DNA of 64,000 bases from Nitrosopumilus sp. (GCA_965205675.1 OZ242186.1:448001-512000), one strand, 5' to 3'. Shown: positions 10,730 to 21,069, counted from the stretch's first letter. Translations and numbers: made by a program. Notes: a model not told the origin generated them from the sequence alone.

Positions 10730-10861
10730 AAAACAGCGTTATATCTGGCGGTTAAATAATCATCGAATTTTAGCTCAAGCTAGTCAGAAATTCTCTAAAA
10801 ATAATTTATTTTGAGCCCATCACAAAAGATAAATTCCAAATTGTGACGAAAAAGATGTTTT

Positions 10862-12061
10862 ATGACTCAAAAAGGAATTCTTGCATTTTCTGGAGGATTA
10901 GATACCTCAGTAGTTGTAAAATATCTACAAGATGAACATGATATGGATGTCATCACAGTTACTGTAGATGTTGGTCAAGACGATAATTGGAAAAAAATTG
11001 CAGCAAAAGCAAAGAAACTGGGGGTAAAAAAACACTACAACATTGATGCAAGAAAGGAATTTGTCAAAGATTACATTTTTCCATCAATTAAAGCAAATGC
11101 CCTTTATCAAAAAAAATACTGTCTTGCTACAGCACTCGCCAGGCCATTAATTGCAAAAAAAGTTTTAGAAATTGCAAAGAAAGAAAAAGTAACATCACTT
11201 GCACATGGATGTTCTGGAAAGGGGAATGATCAAGTTAGATTTGATATTACATTACGTTCAGGATCTGATCTTCCAATCATAGCTCCGATAAGGGATAAGA
11301 ATTTGGATAGAGATACAGAATTAAAATTTGCAAAAAAACATGGAATTCAAATTGATACAGTAGCAAAAAAATTTAGCATTGATCAAAATCTATGGGGACG
11401 TGCAATAGAAGGAGGAATTTTAGAGAATCCGTACAATGAACCCCCAGATGATGCATTCATTTGGGTTAAAACAAAAAATCTACCAGACAAACCAACATAC
11501 TTGGAAATTAAATTCAATAAAGGAATTCCAGTGGAAGTTGATGGAAAAACAATGGAGTCATTAAAATTAATTGAATACATTAACAAAAAAGCAGGAGATG
11601 CAGGTGTTGGAATAGCTGATCATATTGAAGACAGAGTTGTAGGAATTAAATCTCGAGAAGTATATGAAACACCAGCAGCAACTTGTTTAATTGAAGCACA
11701 TGCAGATTTAGAAAAAATGGTTCACACTAAACATGAAAATAAATTCAAATCAGTGATTGACGATGAATGGGCATATTTGATCTACTCAGGACTTTGGCAA
11801 GATCCTCTAAAAACAGATCTGGATGGATTTATCGAAGCAGCACAAAAACCAGTATCAGGAACAGTCAGACTAAAGATGTACAAAGGAAATCTCAGAGTAG
11901 TTGGAAGGAAATCCAACAATTCATTGTATAGTCACGATATTGCAACTTATGGAGTAGAATCCACATTTGATCAAAGACTGGCTAAAGGATTTATCGAATT
12001 ATGGGGAATGCAGTCAACAGAAGCTAATAAATTACAAAAGAAAAGGTCAACAAAAACATGA
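10862..12061 (+). CDS. argG: Argininosuccinate synthase
   Basis: AFSGGLDTS, HGCSGKGNDQVRF, SIDQNLWGR. Confidence 0.97.
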   Translation: MTQKGILAFSGGLDTSVVVKYLQDEHDMDVITVTVDVGQDDNWKKIAAKAKKLGVKKHYNIDARKEFVKDYIFPSIKANALYQKKYCLATALARPLIAKKVLEIAKKEKVTSLAHGCSGKGNDQVRFDITLRSGSDLPIIAPIRDKNLDRDTELKFAKKHGIQIDTVAKKFSIDQNLWGRAIEGGILENPYNEPPDDAFIWVKTKNLPDKPTYLEIKFNKGIPVEVDGKTMESLKLIEYINKKAGDAGVGIADHIEDRVVGIKSREVYETPAATCLIEAHADLEKMVHTKHENKFKSVIDDEWAYLIYSGLWQDPLKTDLDGFIEAAQKPVSGTVRLKMYKGNLRVVGRKSNNSLYSHDIATYGVESTFDQRLAKGFIELWGMQSTEANKLQKKRSTKT

Positions 12062-12225
12062 ACTGCCCAGAATGTGATGCAACACTAAACATCCCAGATG
12101 ATGCCTCAGTAGGAGAAATTGTCTCCTGTCCTGATTGTGGCGCTGACTTTGAAATCGCAAAAAAAGACGGATCAAATGTTGAGCTTAAACAAGCAGAAAA
12201 CGTAGGCGAAGACTGGGGAGAGTAA
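12058..12225 (+). CDS. lysW: Amino-group carrier protein LysW, copy 1 (ends EDWGE); not in ORF track
   Basis: MNCPECDATLNIPDDASVGEIVSCPDCGADFEIAKKDGSNVELKQAENVGEDWGE*. Confidence 0.95.
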   Translation: MNCPECDATLNIPDDASVGEIVSCPDCGADFEIAKKDGSNVELKQAENVGEDWGE

Positions 12226-13082
12226 TGTCAAAAGTTTGTATCGTTTTTGACCGCCTAAGAGCGGAAGAAAAAATGCTTCAAAAAGAAGCATTTGACCTAG
12301 GACACGATACATTGATGTTAGATGCAAAAATCACTCAAATCAATACAGATAGTAAAAAAGAAGATTTTGATTTAGGAGATGTTGTTTTAGAAAGATGTGT
12401 TAGTTATTTTCGTGGACTTCATTTTACATCTAGTTTAGAATTTATGGATATTCCTGTATTAAACAAATTTGATGTTGCAAATATTTGTGGAAATAAAATG
12501 TTCATGACTTTATTTCTAAAAAAAAATAATATCCCAACACCTAAAACATATTTTTCATTTTCAAGTGAAAGTGCAGCAGAGAATTTAGAAAAAGTAGGAT
12601 TTCCGCTAGTGATTAAACCCGTGATTGGAAGTTGGGGAAGAGGAGTAATGTCTCTCAAAGATAAAGATACCATGGAGGCAGTTTTTGAAATAAGAAACAC
12701 TACAGATGGTCCACATGACAGAATCTATTATTTACAAAAATTAATCAATAGACCACCAAGAGACATCAGAGTGATTACTGTAGGTGATGAATCTATTGCA
12801 GCAATGTATAGAAAATCTTCAGGGGGTTTTAAAACAAATATTGCATTAGGTGCAGAACCTGAACTTTGTGAGATCACAAAAGAAATGGAAGATATAGCAG
12901 CAAAAGCATCAAAAGCTATGGGAGGGGGAATATTAGGAATCGATATGATGGAAGATGAGAAAAATGGGTTAGTTGTTCATGAAGTAAATAATACAGTAGA
13001 ATTCAAAGGGTTGGCAAGAGTAGCACAACGAAATATACCAAAGGAAATGGTAAAATTTGCTCTAAACTACGTTAGGAAATAA
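12225..13082 (+). CDS. argX: ATP-grasp LysW ligase, ArgX-like
   Basis: KPVIGSWG, RDIRV, EVNNTVEFKGL (ArgX-type G-hydrophobic signature); follows argG-lysW. Confidence 0.8.
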   Translation: MSKVCIVFDRLRAEEKMLQKEAFDLGHDTLMLDAKITQINTDSKKEDFDLGDVVLERCVSYFRGLHFTSSLEFMDIPVLNKFDVANICGNKMFMTLFLKKNNIPTPKTYFSFSSESAAENLEKVGFPLVIKPVIGSWGRGVMSLKDKDTMEAVFEIRNTTDGPHDRIYYLQKLINRPPRDIRVITVGDESIAAMYRKSSGGFKTNIALGAEPELCEITKEMEDIAAKASKAMGGGILGIDMMEDEKNGLVVHEVNNTVEFKGLARVAQRNIPKEMVKFALNYVRK

Positions 13083-13110
13083 ATTATACTCCATTTGGAA
13101 GTGTTTTATC

Positions 13111-14157
13111 ATGAAAGTAGGTGTTGTCGGTGCATCAGGATACGTAGGTGGAGAAACACTTCGTCTTTTGATTAATCATCCAAAGGTAGAGATCTCCACA
13201 GTTACATCAAGACAGCATGTAGGAGAATATCTACATAGAGTTCAACCAAGTTTGAAAGGATTTACCGATCTTACATTTTCAGAATTAGATTATGATAAAC
13301 TAACAGATCAATGTGATTTAGTGTTTACAGCAGTGCCACATGGAACTGCAACAGAGATTGTAAAAGCACTGTATGATAGAGGAGTCAAAATTATTGATTT
13401 AAGTGCAGATTATAGATTACACAATCAAGACGCATATAACAAATGGTATGGATGGGAACATCCACATCCAGACTATTTAGAAAAATCAGTATTTGGAGTA
13501 CCAGAATTACATAGAGAACAAATTAAAAATGCACAACTAGTATCATGTCCTGGTTGTATGGCAGTAACATCAATGTTAGCACTTGCACCATTAATTCGAA
13601 ATGATATTATTGATACAGAACATATCATAGTAGATTCAAAAATAGGTTCATCGGGTGCAGGTTCAGGTTCAGGAACTGCACATGCAATGAGAGCAGGAGT
13701 CATCAGACCATACAAACCAGCAAAACACAGGCACACAGGTGAAATTGAACAAGAGCTTAGTGAAATTGCAGGAAAGAAAATTCATGTATCAATGAGTCCA
13801 CATGCAGTAGATGTAGTTAGAGGAATTTTATGTACAAATCATACATTTATGAAAAAAGATATTGAAGAAAAAGAATTGTGGAAATTATATCGTCAAACTT
13901 ATGGTGAAGAAAGATTTGTTAGATTGATTAGGGATAAAAAAGGATTATACAAATTCCCAGATCCAAAATTCTTAGTTGGTTCAAATTTTTGTGATATTGG
14001 ATTTGATTTAGATGAAGATAACAACAGATTGATTGCATTATCTGCATCAGATAATTTAATGAAAGGTGCAGCTGGTTCAGCTATTCAAAACATGAATGTA
14101 ATGTGTGGTTTTGATGAAATGGACGGATTAAGATATACCCCACTAACTCCAGTGTAG
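13111..14157 (+). CDS. lysY: LysW-aminoadipyl/glutamyl-phosphate reductase (LysY/ArgC)
   Basis: GASGYVG, SCPGC, DNLMKGAAG. Confidence 0.93.
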   Translation: MKVGVVGASGYVGGETLRLLINHPKVEISTVTSRQHVGEYLHRVQPSLKGFTDLTFSELDYDKLTDQCDLVFTAVPHGTATEIVKALYDRGVKIIDLSADYRLHNQDAYNKWYGWEHPHPDYLEKSVFGVPELHREQIKNAQLVSCPGCMAVTSMLALAPLIRNDIIDTEHIIVDSKIGSSGAGSGSGTAHAMRAGVIRPYKPAKHRHTGEIEQELSEIAGKKIHVSMSPHAVDVVRGILCTNHTFMKKDIEEKELWKLYRQTYGEERFVRLIRDKKGLYKFPDPKFLVGSNFCDIGFDLDEDNNRLIALSASDNLMKGAAGSAIQNMNVMCGFDEMDGLRYTPLTPV

Positions 14158-14159
14158 AA

Positions 14160-14963
14160 ATGATTACAATTAAAATTGGTGGAAGTGTGGTAGATGATTT
14201 ACATCCATCAACAATTTTAGATATTAAAAAAACAGCAGAAACTGAAGGGATAATCATAGTTCATGGAGGGGGAAAAGAAGTCACAAAAGTTTGTGAGCAA
14301 CTTGGAAAAGAACCAAGATTTGTAACATCTCCAAGTGGCATCAAAAGTAGATATACAGACAAAGAAACAGCAGAAATTTTCACCATGGTGATGTCAGGTA
14401 GAGTAAATAAAACAATTGTACAAATGCTTCAAAAAAACGGCATTAATGCAATCGGTCTTTCAGGTGTAGATGCCAAAATCATAGAGGCAGATAGAAAAAA
14501 GAAATTATTCATAGTTAATGAAAAAGGTAGAAAACAAGCTATAGATGGTGGTTATACAGGAAAAATAAGAGAAGTGAATTCGAAATTTATCAAATCCCTC
14601 TTAGAGCAAGGGCTTACACCTGTGATTTCCCCAATAGCCATAAGTGAAGAATCAGAATTTCTCAATATTGATGGAGATCGAGCAGCAGCATATGTTGCAG
14701 GTAAAGTAGGATGTGATAAAATATTATTTATCACAAATGTTGATGGATTATTGATAGATGATAAACTTGTTCCAAGATTAACATTGGCAGAAGCAAAAGA
14801 AATTAGGCCAAAAATTGGGCCAGGAATGGAAAAAAAAATTTTAGCATCTACTGAAGCATTAGATATGGGTGTTAAAGAAGCATTAATTGGGAATGGACAA
14901 AAAGAAAATCCAATATCTGCATCTATTGCACATGATAATTGCACGGTGATTGAACATGAGTGA
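14160..14963 (+). CDS. lysZ: LysW-aminoadipate/glutamate kinase (LysZ/ArgB)
   Basis: IKIGGS, VHGGG, NIDGD. Confidence 0.93.
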   Translation: MITIKIGGSVVDDLHPSTILDIKKTAETEGIIIVHGGGKEVTKVCEQLGKEPRFVTSPSGIKSRYTDKETAEIFTMVMSGRVNKTIVQMLQKNGINAIGLSGVDAKIIEADRKKKLFIVNEKGRKQAIDGGYTGKIREVNSKFIKSLLEQGLTPVISPIAISEESEFLNIDGDRAAAYVAGKVGCDKILFITNVDGLLIDDKLVPRLTLAEAKEIRPKIGPGMEKKILASTEALDMGVKEALIGNGQKENPISASIAHDNCTVIEHE

Positions 14964-16137
14964 AGACCAATTTATGGGGAATCTCTATCAAAGATTTCCA
15001 GTTACAATTGAAAAAGGAGTAGGCGCTCATGTATGGGATGTAGATGGGAAAAAATACATTGATTGTATGGGGGGATATGGAGTAGCTTTAGTTGGTCACA
15101 AAAATGATAAAGTTAACGATGCAATAAAAAAACAAATCGATAAGATTATCACAGTACATAGTTCATTATACAATAAAACAAGAGAAGAGTTTTTGACAAC
15201 ACTTATTGGGTTAGCACCAAAAGGACTAACACAAGTTCATCTAAACAATAGTGGAGCTGAAGCAATTGAAGCTGCAATGAAATTTGCCAGAAAGTTTACA
15301 GGTAAAAAAGGAATGGTTGCAATGAAAGGATCATACCATGGAAAATCGTTTGGAGCTTTATCAATAACATTTAATCCAAAATATAGAAAAGCATTTGCGC
15401 CATTGGTAGAGAAAGTTTCATTTGCATCATATGGGGATATAGAATCTTTACATAAAGTAATTGATGAGGATACTGCATTTGTGATTTTAGAACCAATACA
15501 AGGTGAAAGTGGAATTATTGTTGCACCCGAAGGATTTTTGCAAAAAGTTCGAAAACTTTGTGATGAGAAAGGAATCGTGTTAATATTTGACGAAATACAA
15601 GCTGGGTTAGGTAGAACGGGACGATTATGGGCTTGCGATCATTGGAATACTACGCCAGACATTCTATGTCTTGCAAAAGGGATTGCGGGAGGAATACCAA
15701 TGGGAGCTACACTTGTAAAACCGGATATTTTAGATGCAATGGGTAAAGGAGAACATTCATCAACATTTGGAGGTAATCCAATATCTTGTGCAGCAGGCAG
15801 TGCATCACTTAAAACAATTACCGAAGACGGGTTAATTGAAAATTCAGACAAGATGGGGAAATTATTCCAGAAAGGACTAGAAGAACTAAAAGAAAAACAC
15901 ACAATGATTAGAGAAATACGTGGTAAAGGACTCATGATAGGAATCGAGATGAAATTTGAAGTTAGGGATATTTTAATGGGATTAATCAAAAAAGGTGTCT
16001 TGATGTTATATTCTGGAAGAAACATTTTAAGAATTCTTCCACCACTAGTAATATCGGAAAAGGACGTAACAGAAGTTTTACATGCTCTTGATTCTGTACT
16101 AACTGAAGAGGAAGAAAAAAGAAATGTACAAGGATAA
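14956..16137 (+). CDS. lysJ: LysW-semialdehyde transaminase (LysJ/ArgD)
   Basis: FDEIQAGLGRTG, LAKGIAGG PLP lysine, STFGGNP. Confidence 0.93.
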   Translation: MSEDQFMGNLYQRFPVTIEKGVGAHVWDVDGKKYIDCMGGYGVALVGHKNDKVNDAIKKQIDKIITVHSSLYNKTREEFLTTLIGLAPKGLTQVHLNNSGAEAIEAAMKFARKFTGKKGMVAMKGSYHGKSFGALSITFNPKYRKAFAPLVEKVSFASYGDIESLHKVIDEDTAFVILEPIQGESGIIVAPEGFLQKVRKLCDEKGIVLIFDEIQAGLGRTGRLWACDHWNTTPDILCLAKGIAGGIPMGATLVKPDILDAMGKGEHSSTFGGNPISCAAGSASLKTITEDGLIENSDKMGKLFQKGLEELKEKHTMIREIRGKGLMIGIEMKFEVRDILMGLIKKGVLMLYSGRNILRILPPLVISEKDVTEVLHALDSVLTEEEEKRNVQG

Positions 16138-16543
16138 GATAGATGAAAAAATTATAGAGTATTTAAAAGATGATTCTAGAGAATCGTTTGTGGATATTGG
16201 TAAAAAGCTAAAACTATCAGAATCAGCAGTACGAAGACGTGTAAAGAATTTAGTGGACAGTAGGACCATCAAAAGATTTACTTTAGAGTTGGGTGAAGAG
16301 AACACAACTAGCGCAATTGTTTTAGTTTCAGTGGATTCTGCAACAGATACATCAAAAGTGTCATTGAAGCTTGCAAAACTAGAAGGAGTGAAAACAGTTT
16401 ATGAAATTACTGGCCAATATGACATTACAACAATAATGAGTGCAACAAACATTGCAGAAATTAATAATAGCATTGACGCTCTAAGAAAAATCCCAGGAGT
16501 AGTTGATACCAACACAGTAATTATTTTAAGAAAAATAATCTAA
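16124..16543 (+). CDS. lysM: Lrp/AsnC-family regulator LysM
   Basis: N-terminal HTH (LSESAVRRRVKNL), ITGQYD RAM domain, lys cluster context. Confidence 0.85.
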   Translation: MYKDKIDEKIIEYLKDDSRESFVDIGKKLKLSESAVRRRVKNLVDSRTIKRFTLELGEENTTSAIVLVSVDSATDTSKVSLKLAKLEGVKTVYEITGQYDITTIMSATNIAEINNSIDALRKIPGVVDTNTVIILRKII

Positions 16544-16604
16544 TTACGACTTTCGTTTTAAAAATTAATTTCAAAACTAGTTTAGGATCATTTTTACTTT
16601 TTCT

Positions 16605-16633
16605 CAACGAATTTAGTACGAATATGTTTATAT
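16605..16633 (+). promoter_or_regulatory. Putative Lrp/LysM operator plus TATA box upstream of homocitrate synthase
   Basis: Semi-palindrome CAACGAATTTAGTAC just upstream of TTTATAT, about 27 nt before the ATG at 16661. Confidence 0.45.
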
Positions 16634-16660
16634 CATCAACTTATAACAACGATATTAGTA

Positions 16661-17827
16661 ATGAAAGATCCGAATCACTATGCAAATATATACAACGCAT
16701 ATGAAAAAAATCCAAAGAAAATTAAAATTTTAGATAGTACATTAAGAGAAGGTGAACAACACCCAGGTGTTTCATTTACAAACAAACAAAGAATTCAGAT
16801 TGCATGGATGCTAGATTATTTTGGAGTTGATCAAATTGAAATTTCACCAGTTGTATCAAATGATCATAAAGAAGCAACTAAAACAATCATTAAACAAGAA
16901 CTAAATGCAGATATTATTTCTCATGGACGTGCATTAAAATCAGACATCGACATCTCATTGGATTGTGATGCAAAATGGTGTGCAGCATATTTAGGAATTT
17001 CAGATATTCATCTAAAAGATAAACTAAGGATTTCAAGAGAGGAGGCTCTTAGCAGAGCAGTAGAAACAGTAGAGTATGCAAAATCTCATGGACTTAAAAT
17101 TAGATTTACAGTGGAAGATGGAAGTAGAGCAGAACCAGAATTTCTGGTAAAAGTTTGTAAGGCTATTGAAAAAGCAGGAGTTGATAGAATCAGTCTTCCA
17201 GATACTGTTGGAATTTTACGTCCAATTGGAATGTATAATTTTGTTAAAAAAATAAGAGATGTTGTAGATACACCATTAGATGCACATGTTCACAATGACA
17301 TTGGATTTGCAGTTGCAAATGCATTTTCAGCATGTGATGCAGGAGTTGATCAAATTCACACTACAATTGATGGGATAGGAGAAAGAACAGGAATTCCACC
17401 TCTTGCAGAAATTGCAGTGGCATTAACTTATCTTTACAAGTCACCAAATGATTTCAGATTAGACATGTTACTTGATTTATCCAGATTGATTGAGGAATAC
17501 ACATCAATCAAACCATATGATTCCAAACCTATTGTAGGTACATCAGCTTACAAACACAAGGCAGGTACGCACCTTGCAGCAATTCTTCGAAATCCTGCAG
17601 CCTATGAGCCAATTCCACCCAGAGCAGTGGGAAATAGAAGAAGAATCGTCTTCGGAGAACTAGCAGGAAAAACAGGTGCGGCATATTTGATGTCTCTTTT
17701 AGGATTAGAAAAAAGCGATGAAGGTGCAAAAGCCGTTGCCGCAGGATTAAAGGGTCTAAGAATGGGGGATTTGATAGAGATCCCTCTAGAAGACAGACTT
17801 GAAAAAAAGATAATTAATGATAAATAA
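16661..17827 (+). CDS. Homocitrate synthase (LeuA/NifV family)
   Basis: DSTLREGEQ, HVHND, GIGERTG, HKAGTH; AAA lysine cluster context. Confidence 0.88.
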   Translation: MKDPNHYANIYNAYEKNPKKIKILDSTLREGEQHPGVSFTNKQRIQIAWMLDYFGVDQIEISPVVSNDHKEATKTIIKQELNADIISHGRALKSDIDISLDCDAKWCAAYLGISDIHLKDKLRISREEALSRAVETVEYAKSHGLKIRFTVEDGSRAEPEFLVKVCKAIEKAGVDRISLPDTVGILRPIGMYNFVKKIRDVVDTPLDAHVHNDIGFAVANAFSACDAGVDQIHTTIDGIGERTGIPPLAEIAVALTYLYKSPNDFRLDMLLDLSRLIEEYTSIKPYDSKPIVGTSAYKHKAGTHLAAILRNPAAYEPIPPRAVGNRRRIVFGELAGKTGAAYLMSLLGLEKSDEGAKAVAAGLKGLRMGDLIEIPLEDRLEKKIINDK

Positions 17828-17850
17828 AGAGGGAGTAATGAAGAGAAAGT

Positions 17851-18018
17851 ATGTCAAAATGTGAAGAATGTGATGCAGATATTTCTATACCAAGTGATGC
17901 ACTTGAAGGAGAAATTGTAACATGTCCGGAATGTGGCGCGAGTTTTGAATTAGCTAAAGGTTCAAACGGTTTCGATCTAAAGCCAGCACAAACAGTTGGC
18001 GAGGATTGGGGACAGTGA
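17851..18018 (+). CDS. lysW: LysW-family carrier protein, copy 2 (ends EDWGQ); not in ORF track
   Basis: MSKCEECDADISIPSDALEGEIVTCPECGASFELAKGSNGFDLKPAQTVGEDWGQ*. Confidence 0.92.
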   Translation: MSKCEECDADISIPSDALEGEIVTCPECGASFELAKGSNGFDLKPAQTVGEDWGQ

Positions 18019-18857
18019 ATCCTGACGTTACCATTCTTTACGATTCCATCCGTTGGGAAGAAAAAGCTCTGTTAGAAGCAGGTAAAAAAAAGAATATCAA
18101 CATTCAGATGGTCGATTGTAAAAAATTGGCAATAGATTTAGAAAAAAAACCAGAAGACTATGGTGTAGTTATTCAGAGATGTGTAAGTTATTATAGGAAT
18201 TTACATTCTACTGCAGCTCTTGAAGGATTAGGAATCAAAGTAATTAATTGTCTTAACACAGGAGTGTATGCTGGAAATAAATTATTTACACATATGTTGC
18301 TAAAGAAATTTGGAGTTCCAACACCAAATGCTACTGTAGCATTTTCAAAAAATGCAGCATTAGATGCATTGGATTTGCAAGGTTATCCAAAAGTTATCAA
18401 ACCAACGGTTGGTAGTTGGGGAAGACTAATCTCAAAATTAAATGACAGGGATGCAGCTGAAGGAATTATTGAAAGTAGAGAAAATATGTATCCAATTTAT
18501 CAAGTTCATTATTTAGAAGAATTTGTAAAAAGACCGCCACGAGACATTAGAGCAATTATGGTAGGAGATAAAATAGTTGCAGCAATTTACAGAACATCAA
18601 AGCATTGGAAAACAAACATGGCATTAGGAGGAGTAGCTAAGCCGTGTAAAGCTACGCAAGAGATGGAGGAAATGTGTATTAAAGCAAAACATGCAATTGA
18701 AGGAGATATCGTAGGTGTAGATTTGATGGAAAGCGATGAGAAAGGACTAGTTGTACATGAAGTAAACAACACAACAGAATACAAAAACACTGTAAGAGTG
18801 TGCAATGTAGACATTCCTTCCTTAATGCTAGATTATGCACTAAAGGTAGAAAAGTAA
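18015..18857 (+). CDS. lysX: Alpha-aminoadipate--LysW ligase
   Basis: KPTVGSWG, IYRTSKHWKTNMALGG, EYKNT (LysX-type); GTG start overlaps lysW stop (GTGA). Confidence 0.85.
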   Translation: MNPDVTILYDSIRWEEKALLEAGKKKNINIQMVDCKKLAIDLEKKPEDYGVVIQRCVSYYRNLHSTAALEGLGIKVINCLNTGVYAGNKLFTHMLLKKFGVPTPNATVAFSKNAALDALDLQGYPKVIKPTVGSWGRLISKLNDRDAAEGIIESRENMYPIYQVHYLEEFVKRPPRDIRAIMVGDKIVAAIYRTSKHWKTNMALGGVAKPCKATQEMEEMCIKAKHAIEGDIVGVDLMESDEKGLVVHEVNNTTEYKNTVRVCNVDIPSLMLDYALKVEK

Positions 18858-18860
18858 GAA

Positions 18861-19988
18861 TTGGATACTCATTTTATAGTAACACCAAGATTTGCAGTAA
18901 AGATGCTAGAGAAAGCACTCAGACTATACACACCATCACTAAGCGAAAAACCAATGGCAGAATTTTTAGCCGATAAATGCGATGATCTAGGATTTGAAGA
19001 TATTCAGATAGACGAAGTTGGTAATATGATAGCAAAGAAAGGTTCAGGTTCCCCCACAATCATGTTATGTGGACATATGGATGTAGTACCAGGTAAAGTA
19101 AAAGTTAGAAAAGAAGGGGATGCACTTTATGGTAGAGGTGCATCAGATGCAAAAGCGCCATTAATGGCAATGTTATTTGCTGCAGCATCAATTCAAAACA
19201 ATAATGGGACAATAATTTTTGTTGGTGCAGTAGATGAAGAGGGAAATGCAACTGGAATTAAAAATTTAGTTAAGAAAAAAATGGATATTGATTATGCAGT
19301 GTTTGGAGAACCAAGTGGAATCAAAAAAGTCACTATTGCATACAAAGGAAGATTAGCTATAAATCTCAAAATAAGCGTAGAAGATAGCTCTCATGCAAGT
19401 GCGCCATGGTTATCAAAGAATGCAATTTTAGAATCAATGGTTTTTGCAAGAGAGTTAAAAGAAAAGCTAGAAACAAACCAAGAAGAGAAGACAAAAGGAA
19501 TGTTGTTGACTGCTACCATAACCGAAGTAAAAGGAGGAACTAGTCATAATGTTACTCCAAAAGAATGTGAAACAACCTTTGATATCAGAATCCCCGTAGA
19601 TATGAATTGTAAAGCAATTGAGCAGAAAATTGCAACACTAGTCAAAGAAATATCTCGAGAAAGAGAAGTTGAGGCATTTTATTCAATTTTAGATGAAACT
19701 GAGCCATTTGAAGCTCCTCACAACTCACCACTAGTTAGAGCATTTACATTAGGAATTATGGAAACAGAGCATTCAAGACCAACATTAATCAGAAAAACAG
19801 GTACAGGAGACATGAATGTACTTGGAAATCAATGGGGAATTCCAGTAGTGACATATGGGCCAGGGGATCCTCATGAAGCACACACAATTGATGAAAAAGT
19901 TTCAGTGAATGAATATCTTAGAGGAATAGAAATTCTCAAGAAAACACTACAGCACTTAAAAAGACTTCACGATAGAAATATTCAGTAA
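18861..19988 (+). CDS. lysK: LysW-lysine/ornithine hydrolase (M20, LysK/ArgE)
   Basis: GHMDVV, GRGASDAK, VDEE, TGTGDMN, AHTIDE. Confidence 0.9.
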   Translation: MDTHFIVTPRFAVKMLEKALRLYTPSLSEKPMAEFLADKCDDLGFEDIQIDEVGNMIAKKGSGSPTIMLCGHMDVVPGKVKVRKEGDALYGRGASDAKAPLMAMLFAAASIQNNNGTIIFVGAVDEEGNATGIKNLVKKKMDIDYAVFGEPSGIKKVTIAYKGRLAINLKISVEDSSHASAPWLSKNAILESMVFARELKEKLETNQEEKTKGMLLTATITEVKGGTSHNVTPKECETTFDIRIPVDMNCKAIEQKIATLVKEISREREVEAFYSILDETEPFEAPHNSPLVRAFTLGIMETEHSRPTLIRKTGTGDMNVLGNQWGIPVVTYGPGDPHEAHTIDEKVSVNEYLRGIEILKKTLQHLKRLHDRNIQ

Positions 19989-21025
19989 TGCTGTGGTTTG
20001 TAGGGTTAGGAATTTCGGGATTTAGATCAATTCCAAATGAGGCATTAGATGTTTTATCAAAAGCAGATATTGTGTATTTAGAACAATTTACCAGTCCAAT
20101 AGAAAAATCAGATCTAATAAAAATTGAAAAAGCAACAAAAGGGGAATTCAAACTTGCAAAAAGATGGCTAGTAGAAGATGGTAATGAGATTTTAAAAAAT
20201 GCAAAAAAAAAAGAAGTGGTACTATTAGCATATGGAGATCCTTACATTGCAACAACACACATTGAATTACGAGCAAGAGCAATTGAGGATAAAACAAAAA
20301 CACGTTCTATTCATGCATCTTCATCACTTACTTCAATGATAGGAGAATGTGGTTTGCATTTTTACAAAATAGGAAGAATTGCAACAATAATGAGTGAGAT
20401 GAAGTCATTGACAACCCCATATTATGTAATATACAAAAATATCATTGAGGGAAATCACACCGTACTTTTATTAGAATATAATCAAGACAAAGATTTTTTC
20501 TTAGATCCTAAAGATGCATTAAATGGACTTTTAGAAACCGAAAAAGGTCAAATAAGAAATGTCATCAGTCCATCAACATATGTTATTGTGGCATCAAGGA
20601 TAGGGTTTAAAGATCAAAATATTATTTCAGGTAAGATATCTAGTTTGAAGAAGACAGATTTTAAAAAACCTCCACATACCATAATTATTCCAGGTAGACT
20701 ACACTTTACCGAATCAGATGCCTTGAAAATATTTGGTCAGTGTATAGATAAACCATTTGATAATGCTGAAAAAACAAAGAAAATTTCTGTTCAAATGATG
20801 AAAAAATATGTGCCAATGGTCAAAGAAGCACTAGAAGAAGTGGAACCACTATACAAAGAACAAAAACAATTTCAAGGGATTTTAGAAAACGCTGAATTGT
20901 ATATTAGAGATGCAGAAAAATTCCTTGAAGATGGTCAAGATGAAGTGGCAATACTGAGTATAGGATATGCAGATGGTCTTGTTGATGCATTAAGATTAGC
21001 AAAAGGTCTTGAACCAAAGATGTAA
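19988..21025 (+). CDS. dph5: Diphthine synthase with C-terminal DUF357-like helical domain
   Basis: MLWFVGLG, GDPYIATTH, PPHTIIIPGRLHFTE; C-terminal AELYIRDAEKFL...YADGLVDALR. Confidence 0.9.
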   Translation: MLWFVGLGISGFRSIPNEALDVLSKADIVYLEQFTSPIEKSDLIKIEKATKGEFKLAKRWLVEDGNEILKNAKKKEVVLLAYGDPYIATTHIELRARAIEDKTKTRSIHASSSLTSMIGECGLHFYKIGRIATIMSEMKSLTTPYYVIYKNIIEGNHTVLLLEYNQDKDFFLDPKDALNGLLETEKGQIRNVISPSTYVIVASRIGFKDQNIISGKISSLKKTDFKKPPHTIIIPGRLHFTESDALKIFGQCIDKPFDNAEKTKKISVQMMKKYVPMVKEALEEVEPLYKEQKQFQGILENAELYIRDAEKFLEDGQDEVAILSIGYADGLVDALRLAKGLEPKM

Positions 21026-21069
21026 TTTTTAGCGATGAATTAAAGAGAGGGTCAAAAATAGAAAAAATA

